Shown here piece after piece: positions 25,186 through 36,498 of a DNA stretch of 64,000 nt. Made by a program: the position numbers and the translations under genes. Position 1 is the stretch's first letter. Each line of letters begins with the position of its first letter. Under the pieces are notes generated by a model. The model made no database searches, was not told where the DNA came from, and worked only from the letters and a program-made list of their open reading frames with translations. Source of the stretch: Harriotta raleighana. Taxonomy: Eukaryota. The stretch spans positions 1,251,119 through 1,315,118 of the forward strand of contig JBNZDD010013722.1 of NCBI GenBank assembly GCA_050575255.1. The letters are read 5' to 3'.

Positions 25186-25714
25186 CTTATAAATGAACAT
25201 GAACACAAAACCCCCAAAAGTCATCAAGCTCATTTGTCCCACAGACACTATAAACCTACCTTGTATAAATTACAGAAATGTATCCATTGATATACCTTCA
25301 GCATTCAGCCATGATTTGTTTATCAGAGCCCACCCTCAGCAGCATTAAAACTAGTGGGCTCCCTGGAATGCTATACTGTATATCACAATCTGTGCCTATT
25401 CCTATAAATTCTAATATGGCTCCAAATTAGGTATTGTATTTATGTAGTTGATTTCTGTAGGAGAGAATCAGTACAGCATCACTGCTTTGGTATTCATTTA
25501 CTGCAGACATATTCTGCACAATGTGTAAACCATGGGTAAACGCAGCTGTATTATGCGCAGTGTGGAAAATGGGAAATACAGGTTTTCATAAGTAGGTGAT
25601 TGATAACCAATGATTGCTAATTCTAATATTAATTAATTATTTTATTTGGATTCTATTTGCCTAATTAAGAATAACTGTAATTCTCTATTTGCAGATGTGG
25701 GCAAAATACAGCTT

Positions 25715-25975
25715 CAAATGTGAGATGGTCCCATTCACCTGGATGTTAAAGATCCCATGGCACTATTTGAAAAGAGATGGGAATTTTCTTCTGGTTCCTG
25801 GGAATTTTTGTTCCAAATCCCCGAAACAAAATTAGTCATTCATTTCATTGCTGTTTGAGTGATATTTTTGTGCACAAACTGGCTAGGGTATTTGCCTGTA
25901 AATATACAGTTACTTCACTTAACTTGAAAAATCTATGACTTCCCTTAAGATATTTCAATGAGATAAAGCGCTGGA
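25715..25975 (+). mobile_element. Ancient Deu-domain SINE fragment
   Basis: ctggatgttaaagatcccatggcactatttgaaaagagatgggaatttt...tttcattgctgtttg...tgtgcacaaactggct, DeuSINE core. Confidence 0.75.
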
Positions 25976-27211
25976 TGATTGACTGTTATTTTATTATGTT
26001 GCACACATGGAGCATAATAAATCCAGTGTCTTTGGACCTGTCTGAATCTAATACCACTGATATCTTTATAGCCTTTCATTAAAATGTTCTTTCCCTCTCA
26101 TCTAGCACTGAGCTGCAAACTGGTATTTTAGGCACATTTCTCAGTAGCTGCAATTACAGTTTTGAGTGCTATTCTTTGACTCAGCAGATACCTATTTTTT
26201 TTAGCCTTAATGGCTTTTCATTTAAATTAATTACATTTATATTTGCCACTGGAATCCAAGTCTTTTGAAGCACAAGGCTTTCAACACTCTGGCACATCAA
26301 TATATTATTGTGACAAATATCTGTCCTAAGGCTAAATATCAGACTTGCTCTTCATTTGGCATAAAACAATGTATAGTGATTCTTAGGAAGCTCATTTTAG
26401 TTTTCTATGAGATAATGGCAATATTTATAGCGATATTAGATGAAAGGAGCTATGCACAGGGATATGAACAAATAACATATGTTTATCTCTGGGAGTGGCC
26501 ACATTTGTTACAATGGCCTTTTGTAGTTCTATAGGTTCCTGTTCCTATTATTTTATGTGGTTCTCATGTCATATTGTTGCTGTGTGAAATACTTTCGTCC
26601 AGTACTTAAAATCCTTACAAACTGAATTTTTAAAAAAAATTGCATGAACATTCCAGCTTAACATTGCCAGCAGCCATTTCCAATCCATGAGAAAAAACAA
26701 ATTCCTTGGGTATAGATTTACTGTTGAATTAATTCCATATTTTCTATAGTGTCTTAAGAGTATTGAAGGAAAACCAACTTCAAAATTAAACCCATAATTA
26801 GGAATTTGACAAATGCTGGATAATTTAATATACTACAACAATAGAATGAATCTAGATCAGGTACAATTACTCTCTGCACTTTTGCTTGAAAATAACATTG
26901 AAACATACAGATAAAATCCAACTCAATTACTCTACAAGCCTCTAGATGGATCCATACACCACATCTTTTGTAATGCTTCTTTTCCTTCAAAAGAGTGCAC
27001 AGGGGGAAAACAAATCTCTTTATAACGAATACTTGCTGCCATGGAGACAATTTTTGGAATACTGGAAACTTAGACCTAAAGACTCCTCTTTCCACCCAGT
27101 CTGAAATTTTGAAACTTGCAAAAAGGTATAGCTTCCAAATCTAGAATGATTTAAGAATCAGACATTTTAAGAAGAATTATTAAGTGAATGCAGAATTTTG
27201 GTGCTCTGATA

Positions 27212-27397
27212 CAGTAAAACCCTTGTTATCTGTGAATCGAATCGGAAACCTTGTTGAATTGGAACCTCAAAAAAAGTCCCGATTTGATAAACCGGAAGTT
27301 ATTCGGGAGAATAGTGATGACACATTTAATGAATCGAATGGCGCATGCAACTACTGGTGCAGGTACTCGGTTGGCCGCTAGTCGAGCCCAAAGTCAC
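27212..27397. mobile_element. Tigger/pogo-type MITE (family A) left arm, cut by CR1
   Basis: TA|cagtaaaacccttgttatc; the body aaaaaagtcccgatttgataaaccggaagttattcgg...catttaatgaatcga matches 58921-59080. Confidence 0.75.
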
Positions 27398-27859
27398 GCT
27401 ACCAGGAATGAGAGACTTCAGCTACAAGGAAAGGCTAGATAGGCTAGGTTTATTCTCTCTAGAACAAAGAAGATTGAGAGGAGACCTAATAGAGGTTCAT
27501 AAGATTATGAGAGGTTTCGACAGAGAGAAAAGACTGTTTCCACTGGTGGGCGAATCAGTGACCCGTGGTCACGGATATAAAATAGTTTGAAAACGAAGCA
27601 GAGGGGAGCTGAGGAGAAATTGTTTTACTCAGCAGGTTGTTCGAATCTAGAATGCATTGCCTGAAAAGGTGGTGGAGGCCGATTCCATAACAGTTTTTAA
27701 AAGGGAACAAGATCTTTATTTAGGAAGAGCAGGTCTGTTAGGTTATGGGGAGAAAGCTGGGCAATGGGCTTGAATTGCTCTGTTGAAAGAGCCGGCGCAG
27801 ACTAGATGGGCCGAATGGCCTCCTTTTGTTTTGTATAATTCTATGATTCTATGATTCTA
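27398..27859 (+). mobile_element. CR1 3' end, young
   Basis: LPGMRDFSYKERLDRLGLFSLEQRRLRGDLIEVHKIMRGFDR...TRGH (ORF 27345..27590); tail gatgggccgaatggcctcc...ttctatgattctatgattcta. Confidence 0.95.
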
Positions 27860-28794
27860 CTGCTGTTTTTTTTTGTCCTGGAAGTGTTAGGAAACTATCT
27901 CTCACTCTCTGTTTCTTCTGTTTACCATGCAATGCCATTAGGTTGCTCCAAGGCTGAGGAATCATCGGACTGAGGCAGGAGCTGGTGGTGTCCTCCCAAG
28001 TCTGCATTGTGCGCGGTGGACGGCGTCCTCCAAAATGCACATGCGCTCGGGGCCAGCCAGCCAAGAAATCATCGGACTTAGTCGAGAGCTGCCAGCATCC
28101 TCCCAAATACACATGCACCCGGGGCCAGTCAGCGGTATACGCAAATTTTATTTGCATAATTAAAAAAACTGTTACATTTATTTCAGTGCATAAGCAAATC
28201 TGCAGTCGAGAAAGTCGCATTCAGCAAGGGTTGACTGTATAGCTCACACGGAATGCTGTGTTGTTAGTACTGTTTTCCATTGCAGTATGTTTAAATCCTC
28301 AAAACTGTATGGCAACTTTTTAGGTGGCGAATGTTTTGTGTGCAGGGACCCTTAATGACCTACTGTAAAAAACCAGAGCAATTACAGGATACCACTGAAT
28401 GATGTAGACCAGAAGATTCAAGGTTTGAATCTGTTCAATGCTGACTTCACATTGGAAAGACAACAGCAAACAATGAATTAGCACCTTCCGCATCAGAAGG
28501 ATGTCTTGAATTGCCTTACCCAGACTACAGGACACCTAGGCAAGTGCTGGTTAGTGTGGGGGAGGGTAAGGACAGTTGAAAAGATAGTTGAAAGGCATGT
28601 TTTAAAGGTGAGGAAGGATGTGAATGGTGGAAGGATGTTAGGAAAGAGATTCAGGAGAACATGAGAATAATACAAATATTTAGGCACACAGATCTTATTT
28701 CACAGTGAATAGTATGTTTATATCCAGTGAGATCTTACAAATATACTTTTTTGAGTCTCTTGTCCACCATGTTGAATTAGATTAATTGCACTGT

Positions 28795-28930
28795 ATAACA
28801 ACAACAACAACAACAACAAAATTACATTTATAGAGCGCGTTTCACGTCAGGAGGACGTCCCAAGGCGCTGGACAGATGATTTAAGACCCGAGCAGGGGGA
28901 AATGTTCGGGGGGAGGGGGGAGGGGGAGGG
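28795..28930 (-). mobile_element. L2 3' tail
   Basis: (aac)n aaaattacatttatagagcgcgtttcacgtcaggaggacgtcccaaggcgctggacag. Confidence 0.85.
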
Positions 28931-28949
28931 TNAGTTTCCCGAAGGAAAG

Positions 28950-29078
28950 GCGAAGTATTTTGGGTGCTGGAGATGTTTTCACAGAAGTCACTGGGTATTC
29001 CAGTAAGCAGGACAAGCAGCATCTATGGAGAAAGGTAAATGAGTTAACATTTCAGGTCAATGACTTTTGTTAGAATAG
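28950..29078 (-). mobile_element. Penelope-like terminal fragment (decayed)
   Basis: gcagcatctatggagaaaggtaaatgagttaacatttcaggtcaatgacttttgttagaa, homologous to the other PLE ends in this window. Confidence 0.6.
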
Positions 29079-29449
29079 AATAAATTAGAGATACAAAGTA
29101 CTGTAATTGTTTACTGGTGGAGCCTGTGAATGATGAGGTGTTGACAGAAATCAGTGGCATTTAAGATAGGACGTCCTCCTGACATGAAAGTCACAATAAT
29201 TGTAATTTTGTTGTTGTTGAGTATTGTAAAAAAAGGCAGCAGTTGTTAAAAAAAAGTCCATTTTGCATTTTGAATAAAACAGTTGGTGAATTGAAAGTTG
29301 TCATGTATTTACTGAGATATGACATGTTGAATCAGGTAATGGCTCTACTACCGTTGATGGGTGAAAGAAGCTTGTGGTAAAGATATAAAACAATCTGTAT
29401 GTGAAGGCCATTCATGCTATCAAGTCCATATGTTCCATAAATCCAACAA

Positions 29450-30000
29450 AAAGATATCCATTGCAGAATCCTCTAGACATACCAGATCTCCAGAAGGTAA
29501 CTTGTGCATATATATCCTTCACCCCCCATACCTATGCACACGCACCATATCTCAGAAATTTCCCAAGTAATTCATGTTCTGTACACTTCATCTTCAACAT
29601 CTGGAAGTTCTCTTGATTGACTCTAAGTATTGGAAAGATAACTGGCTCCTCTTTGTCCTGATAGTTACAATCAACCATGCCACAAATTCTAGGAAAATTT
29701 CACAAACATCCTTTTATATGTTTTTTCATTTTTCTGGATACACAGAAAACCTGCTAACTTTCTGCAAAAATTCATCATTGAACCTCTGTATATTGGTGGT
29801 TATATTGCCTCCACCAACATAGTGATAATTCCCTTCTGACTGAAAAACACTATGGCCAAAACATGATGACCACTGGGCTTTTGATAGAACAAAGGCAGAG
29901 CATTTCTAGTCGTTGAAGATGTATCTTTCTAAACCTAAGTAATTATCTCCCTTGTGAGCCTATGTCTTCAACTTGTTGCTTTGTTAAAGTTTGGCATTAT
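29450..30000 (-). pseudogene. Highly decayed PIF/Harbinger-like transposase remnant
   Basis: Manual minus-strand translation across frameshifts and stops gives STTRNALPLFYQ...VLAIVFFSQKG ... QKVSRFSVYP ... KDVCEI / NFPRICGMVDC (29667-29699). This order is colinear with Harbinger/HARBI1 motifs (T.R..AL...QVL.AL.FF..G ... FI.FP ... FP.V.G.IDC). Confidence 0.45.
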
Positions 30001-31959
30001 AGTTTATTGGAGTTCTGTCTTGCAATCCCACGAGTAAGGCCTGCTGTTCTTTCATACATCTGCATGATTCATTCTTTCTGCTCATTCCATAATCAAACAC
30101 TGCAGTGACTGAAGTTAACAACATTCTGTATTTGGCCCAACATTTCTTCAGTGCATCGGTGTTTCTTAAACCAAATCCATCCCTAACCTTGAGATACTTA
30201 ATTCACCTGAACTATTCAATTGTAATGTAGATTGTAAAACATTTGGAGCAGATGGTGTGATATTTATCATGGTTAGTAATTATCATGATAACCATCATAT
30301 GTTTTACTCAGTTACCATGAATTCAGTTAATTAGTTCTATTCCGTACATTTTATCACATTTCTTTAATTCACCAAATTAGGGGTGTTTATTTACTTGTAC
30401 TGACTCACTGTTAGATTTACTCTGGTCTGATAATAAGTGGAATCAGTGTAGTTTGAAGTGCTCTTGATACCTGCAATGATATATTCTGCTTTGTAGTAGG
30501 TGGGAAGTGAATACAATAACACCTCCATTTATCTGCCTCCGAAAATTAATTTGTTTCAATTATTTTTAAAGCAAAGACTTTTGGGTGTATGAGGAATTAA
30601 TCTGATCTGAATTAACTTTTCCTTTTAAAGTATAGCTCTAATTAATAGTTGTCTACTACTCTGTGTACAAAAATAAAGGCTTAATTAATTGGTTTATTTT
30701 ATTTCTATTTCACACAATATTTTATATTTTGAAATCAATATTCCTGTGGAAGAACATTGCATCTCTTTGATTCCACTTTCAATTGATTATTTCAAGGGTT
30801 TTTCAGATCATGAAGATAACTGCCTGCCATTTCTATTACAGCACAGGCCTAATTGCCAATGCCCATTCGCGTCTTGGTGGCTATTAGCAAATTACATAAA
30901 ATTATTCTTTGATTCTCACATTACTTTGTGCCAAATTCATTAATTTATTCAAGATGCATCGAAGTTGAGGGAAGATACTTGGGTTGGTATTTTGAAAGAA
31001 TGAGATCAAATGAAACAAACATTCATCTTGATCTGAACCTCTCCCTCAATACAGTACACAGAAATGGGAATGTAACATGGGTGTTGCAGCGAAAACTCTT
31101 CCCAGGTCAGAGTATCATCACATAACTGTCAGCCTGGCCCAATTGGTAGCTTTCCAAGTACCACTATCAACAACAAAATTCTGTTTGTATGGCACCTTTC
31201 ATGTCGGGAAGACTTTAAAATATTAAAACTTCAGGGTCAATATAGCTTTATTACACGTCAGGCCAGACACCATGATGTCTTAATGACAAATAACAGAAAG
31301 GGAAAACATTAGCAGATTTATAGAAGTTTATATGCATAAATATATTTAACTTATACCTCAAAGCATTTTCCACTTAAGAAGGGCATTACAAACTGACAAG
31401 GTTTTTACAGAGATAAACAAATGTTCGCACACTGAAGATAAATGATGGCAATACATGCATTCTACCTCACATTTCATCACCAAATTTTTTCATCATCAAA
31501 AAATACTATGTTAAGATGTTAAGCAAAAATGCAACTACAAATATGGCCCTTAAATATCCGCAAATATTTTAACTGTAGAAATAATGAGAAAACGTATACC
31601 AATTCATATAACTGTTATTCCAATTTAATTCTGTTAAACTACAGCATTTCTTTGCAAGTCAAGGTTCTTTTCTATAACAAATGTGTGTGGTAGGCAAAGT
31701 ATTCTTTTTCCACTAGAACATAAAGCAAATGGTCAAGTCGCTCTGATGTCTGAGTTCATTTCACAGTGAAGGGAATTGAACTCAAACAGGTGAGTCTCTA
31801 GCCATAAAGAGGGGGTAGCGAAAGTGACACTTTTGAGGGTGTTTATACTTGGCAGGCCTCACGTTCTTAAAGTTGATTCCTCCTTGGACAGTCACAATTG
31901 TAGCTTTGGAAAGTTAGTTCCTCTTTTGTGTTTGTCACACTGGCTGTAAAATACTCAGT

Positions 31960-32285
31960 ATCTTCCTCAATGATATCTGGAGCAATTCCATTTACAGCCT
32001 GCCGCTCCCCTGATACTGCCATGGAAGACTGCCATTGAAGGCTACCCGTTTTGTGTGCCATTGATGCAAGTAACCATCTGCCCCGGGTAGTTAGGAAAAT
32101 GTTGCTGGTTTGAGCAGCAGTGAGGCCACACCAATAACTGAAGGGAAGACAACAATTCCAAGCACCAAGAGTCCCACAGATGTGTTGCAGGTTATAGAGC
32201 AAGGAAAGGTTAAGTGGGGAAAAGCTGACACCCACGGAATCTGAATGCTGATGAGCCAAGAGATGGAGAAGTTTATTCAAAGTCA
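31960..32285. repeat. Unclassified ancient interspersed repeat, copy 1
   Basis: Colinear with 61720-62025: gaaggctacccgttttgtgtgccattgatgcaagtaaccatctgc...aataactgaagggaagacaacaattccaagcacc vs gaaggttacccattttaagtgtcattgttgaaagcaaccatctgc...aataactgaaagggaagtcaacacttccaagcatc. Confidence 0.7.
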
Positions 32286-32429
32286 TTCCACAAGTATAAA
32301 GAGTAGCACATTCGGGAGCTGCTGTGAGAACCATGACAAACCATGACAGTAGCTGCCAAATGAACCCATTGTTTTGGAATCAATTCTCCACCTACTCATG
32401 AGATCCAAACATCTTCAAACAGAAATATT

Positions 32430-33720
32430 ATTCAGAAAGTTTGGATGTAGGGAGAATGGCTGGTTCTGGGTCATACAAGACTCCCAGATTCTCGACTGGC
32501 TTTTTGAGATGGAGTGTGCAGCCAGCCGTGGATACTGATTCTACAAGAGACGGTGCGGGGACTATAACAAAAGCCATTGGCAGACACAAAGTGGAGATGG
32601 TGTGAAAGATAGGAGCTGAATCAGTCAAGGACAGAACCTTGAAGGTTGAGGTGGGAGGAGAGGCAGTGGAAGAGGATTGAATGGTGTCAAAGGCCGTCAA
32701 TAGATCGAAGAGTACGAGGAGACGGTGGGAGCCCTCATCACAAATAGTCATGATATCATTCGAGAACTTGACTAGAGAAGTTTCCATGCTGTGGGCATCA
32801 TGGAAGCTAGATTGGATGGGCTCATTGAGGGAGTGGGATGAAAGGAAAGAGCAAAACTGGGAGGTAACGATTCCTTCCAGGACCTTGGATAGAAAAGGGA
32901 GGTTAGAGATGAGCCAGTAGTTTGAAAGCTGTGATGCGTCAAGTAAAATTTTCTTCTGAGTGGGTGTGATTGTGGCTGTTTTGAGAGGGGGTGGAAATGA
33001 TGCCAGATGAAACAAACAGGTTGATGGTGTCAGCGAATATTGAGGTAAGGAAGTGGAGCAAGGAGATAAGCAGAGGGGTGGGAATGGGTCCAGCTAGCAG
33101 GTGGTGGGTTTCATTTTTCGGACAAAAAAAAGAAGGCAGAGGGAGAGATAGTGTCAAAGATATTAATGGAGGGTGGAATTGGGGTGGATCCAGAGGGAGA
33201 AGTAATGGAGGGTTAATGGTGGACGGGGTAGAGATCGCTGAACGGATTGCCTCAATCTTAGTTTCGAGGAAGTCCAGCATCTCTAGGCAATGGGAATTGG
33301 AGGAAAGTATCTCTGAGGTGTAAAGGGGAGGGTGGAGGAGCTGGTTTGTGGTGAAGAATAAGAGCCTAGGGTTGCCCTTTGTCTCCAGGATTCTCCTGGT
33401 GTCGAAGAATGATTTGGTGGAGCCCAGAGTGGAGTGGAAAATTTTGATGCGGTCCATCCAGATATGGCAGTAGACCATCAAGCCGGATTTGAACCAAGTG
33501 CATTCAGCGGCCTGCATCAGGCCCTTATGCAAGTGGAGGTGGCTGGTAAACCAGGGTGAGGTCCATGAATAAGAGGTGGTTCGGGAGATGAAGGGGCAAG
33601 GGTGTCGAGTGTAGTGGAGAGGGTTTTGTGGAGGAGAGTAAGTGCAGAGGAAGGGTCTATGCAATAGGTGGGCCAGAAGGGGAGGAGTTGAGGGACATGA
33701 AATGGTGTTCAGAGATGGCC
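32430..33720 (-). mobile_element. L2 ORF2 internal fragment (linker and N-terminal RT), frameshifted
   Basis: ORFs 32939..33664 and 32428..33015: PWFT...NPRLLFFTTNQLL...KIEAIRS; LKTATITP..KK..LD.S.LSNY..ISNLPFLSKVLE...QSSF...HSMETSLVKFSNDI...LLVLFDLLTAFDTI. Confidence 0.92.
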
Positions 33721-33912
33721 CTGGTAATAATTTCTCTAGAATAAAAAAAGTTAAAAATTGGTCATTTCAATCCACGTGTTTGTGGGACACAAACGTGACT
33801 GCCATGTTTCGCTCACATATATACAGTCAATTCACTTTACAGTATATTCTGTGAAGCGCTTTGGGATGCCTGGAATAATACCTATATCAAATTCAAAGAT
33901 TATTATTATTTA
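33720..33912 (+). mobile_element. SINE 3' portion
   Basis: aattggtcatttcaatccacgtgtttgtgggacac...cagtcaattcactttacagtatattctgtgaagcgctttg. Confidence 0.85.
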
Positions 33913-34289
33913 TTAATACTTCTTTACTATAGAGGGATATGGAAGACTAAGAAAAGTATGCCACCAGAAAATGTTTTTCAATGTCACTTGGGGAAACTAA
34001 AGTCATTTTGAATTTGTTTCATAGAACTTTTTGTCAATCCCTGTGGAAGCAAAATCTGTGGAGAGAGGAAGCATTGAGAGGCCCAAACTCTTTTTGTTTC
34101 AGCAGGTGTTTAACAGCCCCACCAAATGCAATAGCTGTTGATGACAAATACATTCAAAAAAGTGTTTGTCCAAAGTTTTTCTAGTCATCAGGACAATGAG
34201 AATTAGCAAATGGAATATATGATACTACAGTATGATAAAAATGCTGTTGCCACTGATACTCTGATCATCCACACTGTAACAGACAAACC

Positions 34290-34665
34290 TAGTTCCATTG
34301 GATGACTCTCTTACCTCTGAGTCAGATAATTGTAGATTCAAGCCCCATGCCGGGACTTTGAACTTAGTATATGGGCTGCTAGACAATTGAGGGCTGGGAT
34401 GTTGCATTGTTAGAGGTGCCAACCTTTGGATGTTTAGGTGGACATTAAAGTTCTTGTGCATTATTGAAAAATAGAACGGAGTTCTCCCTAATTCCTGGCC
34501 AACAAACACCCAGATAAAATTGGTCATCACTTCACTGACATTGCTGCATGCAAATTGGCTGCTCTATTCACCTATCAATAAACAATCATTATATGTTGTA
34601 GTAAATCCAGCAAAGAGCTTTGAGACTACGTCTCAATTTGAAAGGTGCTAGTTCAAATATATTAT
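34290..34665 (+). mobile_element. Ancient Deu-domain SINE, near full length
   Basis: Head actctcttacctctgagtcagataattgtagattcaagcccca; core aggtggacattaaag...gagttctccctaattcctggccaac; 3' gcaaattggctgct...gctttgagac. Confidence 0.7.
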
Positions 34666-36319
34666 TTATCATTATGTATAAAGAGTCTTGTAGCGTTGTG
34701 TTAGACTATTCACCTCACAAAGAAGGGGATCTGGGTTTGATTCCCAGACAGGGCAATATGTTGGGCAAGTTTCCTTATTCTGTAAGCTTCTGTTACCTAG
34801 CTGCTGGGTTTTGCCCACACAATATACAGTCAATTCAATTTACAGCATCTGGAAGATATGATAACAACAACAAAAAAATTACATTTATATAACATCTTTC
34901 ACATCAGGAAGATGTCCCAAGGCCCTGGATAAGGCTTTAGCTCAAATGTAAGGATGATTCTTGTTATTATTTAAGCCACAGGCTCATCCTCAAGAGAAAA
35001 TACAGGTAAATTAAAGTAATACAGCAATAACAATAAACGTATGCAATCACACTGGTATTCAGATTCTTCTGGCAAGGACAGTGCAACACTACAGTAACGT
35101 CTGCATGTAGTATTAGAAAATATTTAATTCCTGTTTAGCAAGTGCTGAAGCATGATTGGAATATTTTCTGCTCATTGTATCATTACTTTAACAAGAAAAG
35201 GCCACACTTAGAATTGCAAGAGGAAAGTCCCATTGTCTGTCATGAGTTCTTCCGCCTGTGTTCTTATAAACTGAACAAACAGACTGAATCCCCCACATAG
35301 TACTATGGGTGAATTGGTTGATGCCTATTTACTGGCTGTTTCATCTACTTTTAAAGACTTGAAATTTGAGGTTCATTTGAGCCCTCAGCATAAAAAGAAG
35401 ATACAAATATTGACTGGAAGTGAGAAGTGAAGTGATGAATTGGATATCTGATGGATTCAGAAATGACAAAGTGTATTTTATAATCCTGGAAGTAACACAA
35501 CATGGTGTTAGTCACAACAGATAGCATAGCAGGAGGCTAATGGGCCTACTTCAAATCATATACATATCATTTATCTGGGTATGATATGATCTGTGAATTG
35601 AAAACAAATGTAATGGAATGAAGATGTTTGAAAAATGTTCAATGAGCAAAACAAACAGCCTAAACACCTAAAGTTGAAAGCCACTCTGTTTGTTCCAAAG
35701 ATCTTCACTCATCTCAACCAGTGAAGTACAAAAGATCAATTTACAACTTGACGTTAAACATATGCAACACAAGTATATGAAACAAAAACTCTCCATACAA
35801 ATATACAGTGCACAAACAGGTGAATTTTACTCCTGGTCCCTCTGACGACATATTCTGAACAAATAACTGCATTTAACTCCAGCGCTTAACTGAAGTAATT
35901 CACTCATTGCTCGAAACTGCAAGCGAGTCGGTGAATAGGAGACATAAATGTCAAATAGTCATATGTGTAAACTTGCAGAAAGCCCATTCAGGAATATTTT
36001 AATAATGATAATAGGTAAAACATTTCTACATGGCAATGAATGTCTATGAATTGCCATTAATAGATTCTGTATTGGGTATCACCTGAATTGTACTTTTGTG
36101 TAATGTGCACTGAGTGCATGTGTCTATCAGTTCCTGAAATGAATCACACAAGCAATTCTAGCTTATTTCCACAGATACTAATAGACACCTGCATGCAAAG
36201 TATGAACAAGTGCAAAATGTGTCTTCTCCAGGGAATTCAATCGTGCATGAAGCCGCAGATCCAGTCACCTATTAAATGGTTGTAATTACCTTAAGTCTCT
36301 TCAAAACTATTGAAAAAAA

Positions 36320-36498
36320 ATGTGTTGTTAGAGTGTGGAATAGCCTGCCATTAGCACAAATGTGTGTAATGGATCCCATAATGTGCAGTTGTTAAATCAG
36401 GGTATCTAAAAAGAAGTAACTTGCAGGTGTATGGTGAAAAGGCAAGTAAATGGTACTGAATGGATTGCTCTTTCAAAGAGCCAGGATATATTATGGAC
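36320..36498 (+). mobile_element. CR1 3' end, left part (split by the TIR element; right part 38045-38095)
   Basis: gttgttagagtgtggaatagcctgcca...ggattgctctttcaaagagccagg...atggac, resuming atggactgagtggccttct...attctatg. Confidence 0.75.

Noticed and set aside
26754-27100. 113-aa minus ORF with a possible acceptor at about 27100
   Set aside because: No recognisable homology, poor donor (CAA|gtattc), and composition typical of random AT-rich frames.
31717-31789. Strong-looking plus-strand splice pair (ttctttttccactag ... CAG|gtgagt)
   Set aside because: The 73-nt segment has stops in all three frames. A non-coding exon cannot be excluded, but nothing supports it.
32428-33664. Longest ORFs in the window (241 aa and 195 aa)
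   Set aside because: Frameshifted L2 ORF2 remnants, not host genes.
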